A stretch of DNA of 64,000 bases, taken from contig CALXOZ010000002.1 of the NCBI GenBank assembly GCA_944390195.1, forward strand, positions 136,220 to 200,219, written 5' to 3'. Shown here one piece after another: positions 36,943 to 47,943 of the stretch. Made by a program: the position numbers and the translations under genes. How positions within the stretch are numbered: position 1 is the first letter of the stretch; every line of letters begins with the position of its first letter. The stretch is from an uncultured Alphaproteobacteria bacterium (GTDB taxonomy: Bacteria; Pseudomonadota; Alphaproteobacteria; CAAGCB01; CAG-977). The notes under the pieces were generated by a model that was not told the origin of the DNA, did not search any database, and saw only the letters and a list, made by a program, of their open reading frames with translations.

Positions 36943-38114
36943 CCTTTGTTTTTAATACAACTTAAAACGACGTCAGCCGCCTTTTGACTTGGCGTCAAGT
37001 TTTCTTGTGCTCCCAACAATTTCAAAATGTCCGCCGTTTGACTGGTTTGATTTTGACGATATGCTTCATCTTCCAATAACCGTTCGACTTCCGCAGTCAA
37101 ATTTTCCACAGTACAATCTTCCAACAAATATTCTTTAACGATTTCACGATCCGCTAAGATGTTGATTAAATTTGCAAAACGCCCAGACACCAACTTCCGT
37201 GCCAAAAAAGAACTGATTGGGTTCATTTTGTAGGCAATCGTATAGGGAAGTTTCGCCATCGCCAATTCCAAAGCAATCGTTCCTGAAGCCGCCAAAGCCG
37301 CTTGACTGGCGGCGAAAGCGTTATAACGATTATTTTCTCCGGTAACGACATGAACAGGCAAAGACCAATCCGAAACAGCCACTCTGACTTTTCTTTCAAC
37401 AGTAACAACTGTCGGCACGACAATATGCATATCCGGATGTTTTTTTGCCAAAACGGCAACTACATCTTTAAAAACGGGTAATAAATATTTTATTTCGGAA
37501 CGCCTTGATCCGGGCAATACGCAAAGCAACTTTGTTTCTTGCGAAATACCAATCATTTTTCGCAACGCCTCTCCGTTTCCTTTTGCGGAAGCCCCTTCGA
37601 CAACAGGATGACCGACAAAATCGACTTTCAAGCCGTACGGTTCAAAATATTTCGCTTCATAAGGCAACAATGCCATTAATCGATCAATATAACGACCGCA
37701 TGTTTTAGCACGTCCTTTTTTCCAAGCCCATACCTGCGGAGCGACATAATGGATTTGAGGTATCCCCGTATGCCGGTCTTTCAACTCTTTATTAACGCGA
37801 GCGCAAAAACTCCAACTGTCAACCGTAACGACAACATCAGGTTTTTTTTCGACAATATCATCAACCGTTTGGCGGATTCGTTTCATGATTTTAGGAATGG
37901 AAGGAATTACTTCCGCTATTCCCATGACAGCAAGATCCGAAGAATCGAACAGACTTTGGAAACCGTTTTCGATCATGGTTTCCCCGCCGACACCGCCGAA
38001 ACGTATTTTTCCGTCCGTTTTCAAGCGCAAAGCCCGCATTAATCGGGATGCCAGCAAATCACCGGAAGGTTCTCCGGCAATTAAATAAACGAACAAATCC
38101 TCATCCTGCTTCAT
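36939..38114 (-). CDS. lpxB: lipid-A-disaccharide synthase
   Basis: IAGEPSGDLLASRLMRAL and PQVWAWK are present. Confidence 0.9.
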   Translation of the reverse strand: MKQDEDLFVYLIAGEPSGDLLASRLMRALRLKTDGKIRFGGVGGETMIENGFQSLFDSSDLAVMGIAEVIPSIPKIMKRIRQTVDDIVEKKPDVVVTVDSWSFCARVNKELKDRHTGIPQIHYVAPQVWAWKKGRAKTCGRYIDRLMALLPYEAKYFEPYGLKVDFVGHPVVEGASAKGNGEALRKMIGISQETKLLCVLPGSRRSEIKYLLPVFKDVVAVLAKKHPDMHIVVPTVVTVERKVRVAVSDWSLPVHVVTGENNRYNAFAASQAALAASGTIALELAMAKLPYTIAYKMNPISSFLARKLVSGRFANLINILADREIVKEYLLEDCTVENLTAEVERLLEDEAYRQNQTSQTADILKLLGAQENLTPSQKAADVVLSCIKNKG

Positions 38115-38928
38115 GGCACTTCACCCCTACAATGAAAATCCCCAATTCATCGGCTTTTTTTACAACGCTGTCTTGATCGACAATTAAAGTCTTACCAGAT
38201 TGAACCGCGATTCCGCGCAATCCGGATTCATAAGCGTTAATAACAGTTTGGACACCAATTGTCGGCAAATCGGCTCTTTGCTCCTGATTGGGCTTTTTTG
38301 TTTTTATCAACACACCGCCCACTCCGCTTCGAGCAAGATTTTTACACCTTTTGATCAGTTCATCCGTTCCTTCGACAGCTTCGACCCCAAGGACGATCCC
38401 TTGTTGAACAACAACCGACTGCCCTACATCTAAAGCACCCAAACCTAAAGCTATTTTTAAACCGTGATCAATATCATCCAACGCCTGTTTGTCCGGACGA
38501 TATTTTCCCAAGACGCCTTCTCCGGCTAAAATATTGCCCATCACATCGTGAATGCCGATAATCTTAAAACCTTCCGTTTCAATGTAGTTGATGACAGAAG
38601 TCAGTAAATTATCATCACCGAAGGCTTTAAAACCGATTTTAACCAAAAACTTTGCCGTCCACCAATCGGGGCGCAAATGAAACAAAGAAGGTCTTTTCAC
38701 CCCTCCGATCATAACGATTTCACGGACACCTTCTTTTTTAAAAAAAGAGATTGCTTTTCCGGCTTCCCCTAATCTGATCCATAAGCATTGTTCATTTCCG
38801 ATTGTTTCAGGTAATGCGGAATCTTTCAGACAGACCAAAGCAAAAGGACGACCTTCCTGATGGCAGTGATCAATCAACTGTTTCGGAAGATGACCTCCCC
38901 CTGCAATGATCCCTAATTTTTCAACCAT
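38101..38928 (-). CDS. lpxI: UDP-2,3-diacylglucosamine pyrophosphatase LpxI (DUF1009)
   Basis: GIIAGGGHLPKQL and DVGQSVVVQQGIVLGVEAVEGTDELI are present. Positioned between lpxA and lpxB, as in Alphaproteobacteria. Confidence 0.85.
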   Translation of the reverse strand: MVEKLGIIAGGGHLPKQLIDHCHQEGRPFALVCLKDSALPETIGNEQCLWIRLGEAGKAISFFKKEGVREIVMIGGVKRPSLFHLRPDWWTAKFLVKIGFKAFGDDNLLTSVINYIETEGFKIIGIHDVMGNILAGEGVLGKYRPDKQALDDIDHGLKIALGLGALDVGQSVVVQQGIVLGVEAVEGTDELIKRCKNLARSGVGGVLIKTKKPNQEQRADLPTIGVQTVINAYESGLRGIAVQSGKTLIVDQDSVVKKADELGIFIVGVKCHEAG

Positions 38929-39009
38929 ATCATTCCTGTGTATGTCGGCATTCTATGACAACTTTATTCCGCAACTCTTTTACTGCTTCGGAATATTATT
39001 TTTCACTGT

Positions 39010-39813
39010 TTATTCTGCCCCGTCCGTTTTTAAAGCGGGATGCATGAAACCGCGTTTGTAATCCGTTTGCATGAAAGCGACAATTTCCTGAACAGGGGCG
39101 CAATCTTGATAACGTTGCGAAACATTCTGGACACGCTGAGACAACGTTCCTTCACTTCCTTGAAAGATTTCCGACACCGCCTGACGCAGATTATTGATGA
39201 TTTCCAAAGAAAATCCTTGCCGTTTCAAACCGACAATATTAACACCCTCCAGATAATTGAAAGAAATTAAGGAATAAGGTATGACATCCCGCGTTATTCC
39301 GCACATACCGCCGACCATGGCATAAGATCCTATCCGTGAAAACTGGTGAACGGCGGATAACCCTCCGATAATGGCATGATCGCCGACTTTGACATGACCG
39401 CCCAACGTTGCATTATTGGACATGATAACATTATTTCCGACAACACAATCATGAGCAATATGGGTTCCGATCATAAACAGCCCGTTATCGCCGACCCGCG
39501 TAACATTTTTATCTCCGGGAGTCCCCGGCTGCATTGTTGCATATTCACGGATGGAATTGTTTTTTCCAATAACCAATTTTCCTTTTTTTTCTTTATCTTT
39601 CAGATCCTGATTTTTTCCGCCGATAGCGGCGAAAGGACGTATTTCCGTATTTTCGCCGACAACCGTATCGCCGCCGACCCAAACATGGGAAACCAGATTG
39701 ACCCCATCTTTCAATTCGACCTGACAACCAACGAAACAGTAAGGTCCGATCGATACATTGTTTCCGATTTTCGCACCGTCTTCAATAACTGCTGTAGAGT
39801 GTATTATTGTCAT
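39010..39813 (-). CDS. lpxA: acyl-ACP--UDP-N-acetylglucosamine O-acyltransferase
   Basis: Hexapeptide repeats and the N-terminus MTIIHSTAVIEDGAKIG. Conserved operon context. Confidence 0.92.
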   Translation of the reverse strand: MTIIHSTAVIEDGAKIGNNVSIGPYCFVGCQVELKDGVNLVSHVWVGGDTVVGENTEIRPFAAIGGKNQDLKDKEKKGKLVIGKNNSIREYATMQPGTPGDKNVTRVGDNGLFMIGTHIAHDCVVGNNVIMSNNATLGGHVKVGDHAIIGGLSAVHQFSRIGSYAMVGGMCGITRDVIPYSLISFNYLEGVNIVGLKRQGFSLEIINNLRQAVSEIFQGSEGTLSQRVQNVSQRYQDCAPVQEIVAFMQTDYKRGFMHPALKTDGAE

Positions 39814-39822
39814 GATTGTTTA

Positions 39823-40278
39823 TTACTTTTCATCAAAAATCATTGCTGTGAAAACAGCTTCCGCATGTAATACACCATTGACCATGACCTCACCGCGAAA
39901 GCGATACACATTCCTTCGAGAGAGTTCTTTTTTTACATACATCTTTAATTGATCCCCCGGCAAAACCGGTTTACGGAACTTGGCAGATTCAACACTCATG
40001 AAAAAGACACCTTTTTTTGCCCCGTCATTTTCCTTTGACATGACGATCACAGCCGCCGTCTGTGCCATAGCTTCAATTATTAAAACACCTGGCATAACGG
40101 GGTTTTCAGGAAAATGCCCTGTAAATTGAGGTTCGTTCATCGTTATATTTTTTATTCCGATTCCCTCTTCCCCTTCTTTTACGAGTAAAACCTTATCAAC
40201 CAACAAAAAAGGATAGCGATGAGGAATTAGCTTCAAAATTTCATTAATACCGATTTCCCTGACAACATTTTCTTCCAT
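39823..40278 (-). CDS. fabZ: 3-hydroxyacyl-ACP dehydratase
   Basis: LPHRYPFLLVDKV and FTGHFPENPVMPGVLIIEAMAQ are present. Confidence 0.95.
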   Translation of the reverse strand: MEENVVREIGINEILKLIPHRYPFLLVDKVLLVKEGEEGIGIKNITMNEPQFTGHFPENPVMPGVLIIEAMAQTAAVIVMSKENDGAKKGVFFMSVESAKFRKPVLPGDQLKMYVKKELSRRNVYRFRGEVMVNGVLHAEAVFTAMIFDEK

Positions 40279-40289
40279 AATTAAGCCTC

Positions 40290-41306
40290 TTAACGTTTTG
40301 TAATCTTTTTCAATGTTGCAAAATGACGCATAAATTCTTTAATCGGGATTGCCGGTGTCCCCATCAAATGTTCCATCGGGGAAACGTCCCGCATCACACC
40401 GGATTGAGCGGCAATTTGAGCGCCACTGCCGATATTGAGATGTCCGGCAACACCGGTCTGTCCTGCCAGAATGACAAAATCACCCAGTTTCGTGCTACCA
40501 GCAACTCCCGTTTGAGCAACAATGACACAACATTTTCCTGTTTGAACATTATGTCCAAATTGGATCAGGTTATCCATCCGGCTGCCATCCCCGATAATCG
40601 TATCGCTCAAAGCCCCCCGATCGATACACGTGTTTGCTCCGATTTCGACATCGTTTCCAATGATAACACGCCCTAACTGCGGTATTTTTGTATGTCCTTT
40701 CGGGCTCATAGAAAAGCCGAAACCGTCCTGTCCGATTCTCGCCCCCGGATAAATATAAACTTTACTTCCGGCTATGGTATACAAAACAGAGGCGTTTTCT
40801 CCGATAATGCAATCATCTCCGAAAATAACGTTATCTCCGATAACGGCATTCGGACGGACATGACAATTTTTACCCAAAATAACATTTTCCCCGATGACTG
40901 CACCGGCATCGATACGCGTTCCTTCGCCGATAATCGCACTGTTACTGACAACAGCCCGCGGATGGATCTGTGTTTTTTCCACCCTTTTTGAAGGATAAAA
41001 AGCAGCCGCTATCAATCCGTATGATTTATAAGGTTCACTTGAAATCAAAACAGATGTTTGCGCAGGAGCCGATTTGACAAAATCAGGATGTACGATACAT
41101 GCCCCTGCTTTTGTATGCTCCAAGCCACTTATATATTTCTTGTTCAACAAAAAAGTAATATCCGTTTGACCTGCTTCTTGCAACGAATTCACATTACTGA
41201 TCAACTTATCGGCAACGGCAGGATCCCCCAATTCACAACCGCCTATTTCTGCAAGTTGTTTTAAAGTAAATGGTCCCGCTGGTTTAAAAAAACGCGTATC
41301 TGGCAT
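40290..41306 (-). CDS. lpxD: UDP-3-O-acylglucosamine N-acyltransferase
   Basis: 338 aa with hexapeptide repeats and conserved operon context. Confidence 0.92.
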   Translation of the reverse strand: MPDTRFFKPAGPFTLKQLAEIGGCELGDPAVADKLISNVNSLQEAGQTDITFLLNKKYISGLEHTKAGACIVHPDFVKSAPAQTSVLISSEPYKSYGLIAAAFYPSKRVEKTQIHPRAVVSNSAIIGEGTRIDAGAVIGENVILGKNCHVRPNAVIGDNVIFGDDCIIGENASVLYTIAGSKVYIYPGARIGQDGFGFSMSPKGHTKIPQLGRVIIGNDVEIGANTCIDRGALSDTIIGDGSRMDNLIQFGHNVQTGKCCVIVAQTGVAGSTKLGDFVILAGQTGVAGHLNIGSGAQIAAQSGVMRDVSPMEHLMGTPAIPIKEFMRHFATLKKITKR

Positions 41307-41320
41307 TGATCACTCCCGTC

Positions 41321-41893
41321 TTATTTAGATTTCTTTTCCTTTACTTCCGCCGGCTTTTCCAAAGAAACTTTTTTCAATTCTAGTTTCGGCATCTTTTTGT
41401 TTACACGCTTGATCGCTTCTTCTGTAACATCGAATGTATCATCAACATAAAAAGCATTTGCCGAGTTTAAAATTGCATCAAATTTCTTTTCTTTTGCCAA
41501 TTCTTTGACAACAGGCTGAATAGCTTTTTCCTTGAAAGAAAGGGCAGCTTCGACGAAATTCTTTTGCAATTGATTTGCAGCCGTCTGAGCCCGTACTTGT
41601 AAATCCTTTTCAGATTTTTCAATGGCATCTAAACGTTTGCCGACTTCCTCCTTGGATAACTGGGCACTTTTTTCTTCCAATTCTTTCTTTTGTTCCAGAA
41701 TGTCATTCAGTTCTTTTTCCAGATCGATCTTCATGACAGCCAGAATTTTTTCACGTTGCATTTGCAGCCCCTGCAAAGCCGTTGACTTCTGAGCCAATTC
41801 AGGATCGTTGATAAAACCTATTTTCCCGGCTACCGCGGTTTGAGCGAACAACATACAAGCCAAAGCGACTGACAGACCTATTCTTTTTTTCAT
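41321..41893 (-). CDS. skp: periplasmic chaperone OmpH/Skp
   Basis: 190 aa with a signal peptide and a coiled-coil body. Lies between bamA and lpxD. Confidence 0.8.
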   Translation of the reverse strand: MKKRIGLSVALACMLFAQTAVAGKIGFINDPELAQKSTALQGLQMQREKILAVMKIDLEKELNDILEQKKELEEKSAQLSKEEVGKRLDAIEKSEKDLQVRAQTAANQLQKNFVEAALSFKEKAIQPVVKELAKEKKFDAILNSANAFYVDDTFDVTEEAIKRVNKKMPKLELKKVSLEKPAEVKEKKSK

Positions 41894-41896
41894 GTT

Positions 41897-44176
41897 TTAA
41901 AATCCCCATCCAAAGTTTAAACGAAAATACTCTGTTTCATCAAAAGGTTCCTTAAGTATCGGGCGCGCATAATCGACATTGATTGGTCCCAACGGGGACG
42001 ACCATACAAACCCGATACCGATACTAGCACGCAATTTCGAAGAATACCACATTTCCGATGCATTATAATCATCAGGTTTCCCGATCAAGCCGAAATCGGC
42101 GAAAATTTTCCCTTTCACACCGAATTCACTGGGCAACCCCAATGGAAACATGACTTGTGCCGATGCTGTAACCTGCCAATTACCACCCAAAGCGTCATTT
42201 CCGTCTTTTGAGCGTGCTGTTACACCACCATCTTCAAAACCGCGCAAAGTTGAACCGCCTAAAAAGTACCGGTTGTTCAAACGAACATCCTGACCGATAC
42301 CAAAAATATATCCCGCCGAAGAGCTTAATCCCAAAACCCATTTGTCGGACAGCGGTATGTAATACCCCGCACTGACGTCTGTACGAAGATAGCGCGTATC
42401 ACCGCCAAACCCCGCCAAATCGTTTGAAACAGAAAGATAATACCCTTCCGAGGGATTGTAACGGTTGTCCAAATAGTCCCAAAACAATGTTTGGCTGATC
42501 ATTGATGTCAATGTCGTGCCTTCTTGTTCCTTGACATAAATCGAAGCATATTCGCTGACGTCAATGATTTTATCTTGGCGTAGCGTATACTTGACAGTAT
42601 GGGACAATTCTTCCGTATATTTCCAACTTAAAGACACCGAAGTTCCAGCCATTTCCGAATCATAAGAACTCCGTTCCGAATAATTGCGCGTCAAATAAAA
42701 CACATCAAAACCGAATGACATTTCCCTGTCTAAAAACCACGGTTCGACAAAACTTATATCAAACAAGGTTTTTTCTTCTGCTACAGAAGCGGAAATCCCC
42801 ACTCTTCGACCAGTACCCAAAAAGTTGTTCTCTTGAATGGAAACTTCGGCTAACGGACCGTCATAAGATGACCAGCCCACCCCCAGCTTTAAAGACCCTG
42901 TCGATTTTTCAGAAACATCCGTTTTTAAAACAGCTCGATCAGGCGTTCCTTCAACCTGTTCAATATCCATCGTGACACGATCGAAATAGTTCAAGTTTTC
43001 AATACGTTGCTTCGATCTTCTGATTTTTGACGGACTGTACGCATCCCCTTCGCCAAAACGGAACTCGCGGCGGATTACGCTGTCTTGCGTACGGGAATTG
43101 CCTGTAATATCAATCTTGTCGATGAATAAATGCTGCCCTTCCTTGATAAAAAAAGTTACATCAACAATGTCTTTACCTTTGCGTTTCTTTAAACTGGAAG
43201 AAACATCAACAAACGGGAATCCTTTCGCCCCGACAGCATTAATCAAATTCAACTCGCTGTCTTCAACTTTCACATTGTTAAACCAATGCCCCGGCTTTAC
43301 CGAAACGACACCTTTTATACTGTTGGCATCAAGCCCTTTGAGTTCTGAAACAATCTTGACTTTTCCGATTTTATAGCGCGCTCCTTCATCTAAAACGATC
43401 GTTACATAAAAATCCTCTCGATTCGGAGACAATTCCGACGATGAAGAAATGATATTAAAATCCATATAGCCGTGTTCCAGATAAAAACGGCGCAATAATT
43501 CCCGATCATAAGCAAAACGATCCGGATCATAGGTATCCATTGAAGTAAACAACCTGTACCAACGGTTTTCCTTGGATAACATTTCTTCTTCCAGTTCTGT
43601 CGCCGTGAAAGCGTGATTGCCGATAAAATCTATTTTGCGAATATAAGTGGGTTGCCCTTCATTTATTTCAAAAACAAGATCCAAACGGTTCTGAGAACGT
43701 TTTATGATCTTCGGTTCGACTTGAGCCGAATAACGCCCCATTCGTTTATATAATTCCAAAATCCGTTGAGTATCACGTCGAACCTTTGATCGGGTAAAAA
43801 TCGAACGCGGATGTAAAGATATCTCGTCTTTAAGCTGATCGGTCTTTATTTTCCGGTTGCCTTCAAATGAAATTTCATTCACGATCGGGTTTTCAACCAA
43901 ATCCACCTTTAAAACACCTTTGTTCATCGACAAGCTGACATCAGCGAACAAACCTGTCGAAAACAAAGATTTTAAACCGCGATCCAATTGTTCTTCATCA
44001 ACCGTATCCCCTTTTTGAATCATCAAATACGTCAACACCGTTTCGGGTTCTATACGCATAATACCGTTGATGACTATTTTGGATACGGTTTCCCCTCTTC
44101 CATTTGCCAAAACGGAAAACAATGGGATAACTGAAAACAGGACAACTAAAAAGAATATCTTTTTCAAAAAAAACAC
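41897..44176 (-). CDS. bamA: outer membrane protein assembly factor BamA
   Basis: 759 aa with POTRA repeats. The C-terminal beta-barrel ends ...FRLNFGWGF. Confidence 0.93.
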   Translation of the reverse strand: MFFLKKIFFLVVLFSVIPLFSVLANGRGETVSKIVINGIMRIEPETVLTYLMIQKGDTVDEEQLDRGLKSLFSTGLFADVSLSMNKGVLKVDLVENPIVNEISFEGNRKIKTDQLKDEISLHPRSIFTRSKVRRDTQRILELYKRMGRYSAQVEPKIIKRSQNRLDLVFEINEGQPTYIRKIDFIGNHAFTATELEEEMLSKENRWYRLFTSMDTYDPDRFAYDRELLRRFYLEHGYMDFNIISSSSELSPNREDFYVTIVLDEGARYKIGKVKIVSELKGLDANSIKGVVSVKPGHWFNNVKVEDSELNLINAVGAKGFPFVDVSSSLKKRKGKDIVDVTFFIKEGQHLFIDKIDITGNSRTQDSVIRREFRFGEGDAYSPSKIRRSKQRIENLNYFDRVTMDIEQVEGTPDRAVLKTDVSEKSTGSLKLGVGWSSYDGPLAEVSIQENNFLGTGRRVGISASVAEEKTLFDISFVEPWFLDREMSFGFDVFYLTRNYSERSSYDSEMAGTSVSLSWKYTEELSHTVKYTLRQDKIIDVSEYASIYVKEQEGTTLTSMISQTLFWDYLDNRYNPSEGYYLSVSNDLAGFGGDTRYLRTDVSAGYYIPLSDKWVLGLSSSAGYIFGIGQDVRLNNRYFLGGSTLRGFEDGGVTARSKDGNDALGGNWQVTASAQVMFPLGLPSEFGVKGKIFADFGLIGKPDDYNASEMWYSSKLRASIGIGFVWSSPLGPINVDYARPILKEPFDETEYFRLNFGWGF

Positions 44177-45265
44177 CTAATGAAACAAACGGACGATTAT
44201 ACGGACGATATCATTCCATGATGTAAGGATCAACAGACATATTAACAAACCTACCCCTATGTTCAGGGCAACCAACTGAATTCGTTCATTCATCGGACGG
44301 CGTGTAATGCCTTCTATGGCATAGAACAATAAATGTCCACCATCTAAAACGGGAATCGGCAACAAATTAACCAAACCGATTCCTATGGAAACCTGAATGA
44401 TGAAAAGCATAAAACTGACAACGCCACCTTTTGCGGCATCTCCGGAAGCTTCAGCTATCCCCAAAGGCCCCCGCATATCTTCGGCGGAACGTTGCCCCAA
44501 AACGATACGCTTTAAAACAATCAACGTGTCAACGGTGATCTCGGCAGCTTCTTTTACGGACTCAACAAAAGCCTGAGGGACACTTAAGGATTTGAAATGT
44601 TCTTGCGTCATCAAGGCTTGAACCCCTAACATAGCCCCTCCGTTTTCAGAAGACAAATAAGCTGTCATAGGGATTTTTTCACCATTGCGCAAAACAACAA
44701 TATTTAAAGTACTATCCAGTTGAACAAAACGGCGAACTTGAGAAAATTCCGTAATTTCCTCCCCATTGATTTGGATGATGCGGTCGTTTTTCATAATCCC
44801 CGCTTTTTCCGCCGCCGAACCTTTACTGACTTCAGACACAACGGGAGGAACAACAATCATTCCGAACACAGACAGGAAAATGGTCAAAAGAATTATAGCA
44901 AAAATATAATTCATTGCCGGACCGGCCACGGAAATAAAAGCTTTTTTCCACAAAGACTGATGTGGAAACGACACTTTTTTCTCTTCTTCCGTGAATTCTT
45001 TTGCGGATTCATCAGCCGTGGCACTGGCGGCATCGGCGTCTCCGAACATTTTCACATAGCCGCCTAAGGGGATTAAACAAACTTTCCACACTGTCCCTTT
45101 TTTATCTTGGTGAGACCATAAGATTTTTCCGAACCCCAAAGAAAATTCTTCGACTTTCACGCCACTGACCCGCGCCGCCCAAAAATGACCGAATTCATGG
45201 ACAATGACGACTAATGAAAGAACAATCAGAAAAGAAAGCGGATACAATATCCAAGAAAATGACAT
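44177..45265 (-). CDS. rseP: site-2 (M50) zinc metalloprotease RseP
   Basis: HEFGHFWAAR (HExxH motif), one PDZ region, and NLLPIPVLDGGH. Confidence 0.9.
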   Translation of the reverse strand: MSFSWILYPLSFLIVLSLVVIVHEFGHFWAARVSGVKVEEFSLGFGKILWSHQDKKGTVWKVCLIPLGGYVKMFGDADAASATADESAKEFTEEEKKVSFPHQSLWKKAFISVAGPAMNYIFAIILLTIFLSVFGMIVVPPVVSEVSKGSAAEKAGIMKNDRIIQINGEEITEFSQVRRFVQLDSTLNIVVLRNGEKIPMTAYLSSENGGAMLGVQALMTQEHFKSLSVPQAFVESVKEAAEITVDTLIVLKRIVLGQRSAEDMRGPLGIAEASGDAAKGGVVSFMLFIIQVSIGIGLVNLLPIPVLDGGHLLFYAIEGITRRPMNERIQLVALNIGVGLLICLLILTSWNDIVRIIVRLFH

Positions 45266-46428
45266 TATTTCATCCTTTCCGCAATATAATGTTTTGCCAT
45301 TTCACGGGCTTCATGATCCAACGATATGACGTCCTGTATTGTTGCTACAGCAGGAAGGGGTGAACTTTCAACAACTTTTTCACTGACACGCACAATATCC
45401 AAAAAACCGATTTTCCCTTTTAAAAAAGCATCGACAGCCATTTCATTCGCAGCATTCATCACAGCCGTTGCGGATTGGGATGTCTTTTGACATTGCTTTG
45501 CCAGACGCAAAGCTGGAAAACGGTTTTCATCCGGAGCAAAAAAGCTTAAATTCGCCATTTTTGTCAAATCCAGCCGTGCCGTCGGAGCTTCCATCCTTTC
45601 CGGCCAAGCCAAAGCATATGAAATCGGTGTACGCATATCCGGCATTCCCATATGAGCCAATACAGAACCGTCTTTGTAACCGACCGCGCTATGAACAATC
45701 GACTGAGGATGTATTAAAACTTCGATTTTTTCGACAGGAACACGGAACAGATGGCATGCTTCGATAATTTCAAGTCCTTTATTCATCATTGTCGCGGAAT
45801 CAACAGAAATTTTCGCCCCCATATTCCAATTCGGATGAGCTACGGCTTCTTGCGGTGTAACCTTTTCCATAAAAGCGACATCTTTATCTCTGAACGGTCC
45901 GCCTGAAGCCGTTAATAAAATCCGGTCGATCATCGGGCGATGTTCTTCTTCCAATGTTTGAAAAATGGCGCTATGTTCTGAATCCACAGGAATTAATGTT
46001 GTTTGATGTTCTTTAACGGCTTTCATAACGATTTCGCCGGCACATACCAAAGTTTCCTTATTCGCCAAAGCCAATGTCCCGCCACGCTGTATCACTTGCA
46101 TCGTCGGTAACAATCCTGCCGCTCCCACTATGGACGACATCGTCCAGTCGGCTTGTTCCCGAGCCGCTTGAACAACTGCGTCAAACCCCGCTTCAACTTC
46201 AACCTTCGTTCCGCTTAACAATTCCTTTAAATCGGCGTATTTTGATTTATCCGCCGTTACCGCCAACTTGGCATTTAACAATTTTGCCTGCTCAGCCAAT
46301 AAAGAAACATTCTGGTTCCCCGTTAACGCTTTAACATCGTAATGTTCGGGATAACGGCGAATAATATCAACCGTGTTCTTTCCTATTGATCCTGTAGAAC
46401 CTAAAATCGTAACGCTTCTTACAGACAT
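45265..46428 (-). CDS. dxr: 1-deoxy-D-xylulose 5-phosphate reductoisomerase
   Basis: ILGSTGSIGKNT, LANKE and PVDSEHSAIFQ are present. Confidence 0.95.
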   Translation of the reverse strand: MSVRSVTILGSTGSIGKNTVDIIRRYPEHYDVKALTGNQNVSLLAEQAKLLNAKLAVTADKSKYADLKELLSGTKVEVEAGFDAVVQAAREQADWTMSSIVGAAGLLPTMQVIQRGGTLALANKETLVCAGEIVMKAVKEHQTTLIPVDSEHSAIFQTLEEEHRPMIDRILLTASGGPFRDKDVAFMEKVTPQEAVAHPNWNMGAKISVDSATMMNKGLEIIEACHLFRVPVEKIEVLIHPQSIVHSAVGYKDGSVLAHMGMPDMRTPISYALAWPERMEAPTARLDLTKMANLSFFAPDENRFPALRLAKQCQKTSQSATAVMNAANEMAVDAFLKGKIGFLDIVRVSEKVVESSPLPAVATIQDVISLDHEAREMAKHYIAERMK

Positions 46429-46429
46429 T

Positions 46430-47221
46430 TTAACCCCAAAAATTTTGATCCGGACAAATGAAAACTAAAATGAAAACAACAATCGGAGCAACGGCCAACA
46501 AAGCGTCCATTCGATCGAAAATACCGCCGTGACCGGGAATCAAATTACTGGAATCTTTAACATTCAAATAACGTTTTATCCAAGATTCGAACAGATCCCC
46601 GCCCTGGGAGACGACTCCCAATATCGCGGAAACGACAACTACGGGCATGAAAACGGAAGATTCTCCGAATTTTGCACACAAAGCCCCCCACGCTCCAGCC
46701 GTCAACATACCGCCGATTAAGCCCGCCCAAGTCTTTTTCGGACTGATTTTCGGGCACATTTTCGGCCCTCCGATCGTCTTTCCAAAGGCATAAGCCCCTG
46801 TATCCATCGCCCATACGGAACCGATCAGCCAGATCGTACTGATAAAACCGTAATTTTGTAACATAAATGTCAAAGAAATAATGGGATATGCCGAATACAG
46901 CATTCCAAAAGCGAACAATTTTTGATGTTCCAGTTGTTGTTTTTTCACAATGATATACAAAACAACCGTCATAACAGCAGGTAAAATCCACGCAATTACA
47001 GGACTGATTTCCAACAAAAAGACACCGCATATTCCTGTAACAGCCATTACCATTCCTAAAACGGAAAAGCGTTTTAGAACCAATTTTTCCCATTCCCACC
47101 CCATTGTCGCCAATGAAACCGCACACAGCATTTCAAACCAAGGCGGGCCGAAATATAATGCCAAAATCGGCAAAGGTAACAATAATAAAGCAGAAAGAAC
47201 ACGCTGTTTTAACATAAACAC
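46430..47221 (-). CDS. cdsA: phosphatidate cytidylyltransferase
   Basis: The C-terminal SWIKRYLNVKDSSNLIPGHGGIFDRMD is the CdsA signature. Confidence 0.9.
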   Translation of the reverse strand: MFMLKQRVLSALLLLPLPILALYFGPPWFEMLCAVSLATMGWEWEKLVLKRFSVLGMVMAVTGICGVFLLEISPVIAWILPAVMTVVLYIIVKKQQLEHQKLFAFGMLYSAYPIISLTFMLQNYGFISTIWLIGSVWAMDTGAYAFGKTIGGPKMCPKISPKKTWAGLIGGMLTAGAWGALCAKFGESSVFMPVVVVSAILGVVSQGGDLFESWIKRYLNVKDSSNLIPGHGGIFDRMDALLAVAPIVVFILVFICPDQNFWG

Positions 47222-47226
47222 TCCTT

Positions 47227-47943
47227 TTACACTTTACCGAAACGGCGTTGACGAGCGGCATATTCGTTCAATGCCGCGTTAAAGTCTTTTTCCGTGCAGT
47301 CCGGCCATAATGTATCCAAATAAACAAATTCCGAATAAGCCGACTGCCATAACAAAAAATTGCTGATCCGCTTTTCTCCGCTGGTACGCACAATCAAATC
47401 GGGATATGGCACTTCCGGCAAATACATCAAAGATGAAAACAGCTTTTCATCAATCAGGTCGGCATTGATTTCCCCGTTTTTTACTTTCAAAGCTATTTTT
47501 TTCGCCGTATCGACGATTTCTTCCTGTCCACCATAACTCAAAGCCAGAATCAAAAGTAATTTTTCCTGTTCAGGCGGCAAATTACTATCAACAACTTCTT
47601 TGATCAATTGCTGTGTTTGATCCGGCAATAAATGTGTTCGCCCTGAAAATGCGAAATTAATCCCTTTGGCACGGTAAGGCTTTATTTCCTTTTTCAAATA
47701 TTCATTCAAAAGGGTAAATAAAGAGCTCACCTCTTCTTTCGGTCTGTTCCAATTTTCCGATGAAAAACAAAAAAGTGTTAAATAACGTATTCCGGACGAC
47801 ACACAAACGTCCACTAATTTTTCAACGGTTCTGACCCCTTCCCGATGACCGGCAGTCCGCGGTAAAAAACGTTTTTTCGCCCATCGACCGTTACCATCCA
47901 TGATAACGGCCATATGAACAGGAAGAACTTGTTTTTCTTTCAT
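47227..47943 (-). CDS. uppS: di-trans,poly-cis-undecaprenyl-diphosphate synthase
   Basis: HMAVIMDGNGRWA, FSSENWNRP and RTSGEKRISNFLLWQ are present. Confidence 0.95.
   Translation of the reverse strand: MKEKQVLPVHMAVIMDGNGRWAKKRFLPRTAGHREGVRTVEKLVDVCVSSGIRYLTLFCFSSENWNRPKEEVSSLFTLLNEYLKKEIKPYRAKGINFAFSGRTHLLPDQTQQLIKEVVDSNLPPEQEKLLLILALSYGGQEEIVDTAKKIALKVKNGEINADLIDEKLFSSLMYLPEVPYPDLIVRTSGEKRISNFLLWQSAYSEFVYLDTLWPDCTEKDFNAALNEYAARQRRFGKV

Noticed and set aside
38101-38928. LpxI instead of LpxH as a novelty
   Set aside because: LpxI between lpxA and lpxB is the established arrangement in Alphaproteobacteria. I used it only as a taxonomic hint.
46557-47126. 189-aa minus-strand ORF overlapping cdsA in another frame
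   Set aside because: An alternate frame of a conserved gene with a Cys/Arg/Gly-rich unnatural composition. The cdsA frame carries the family signature.
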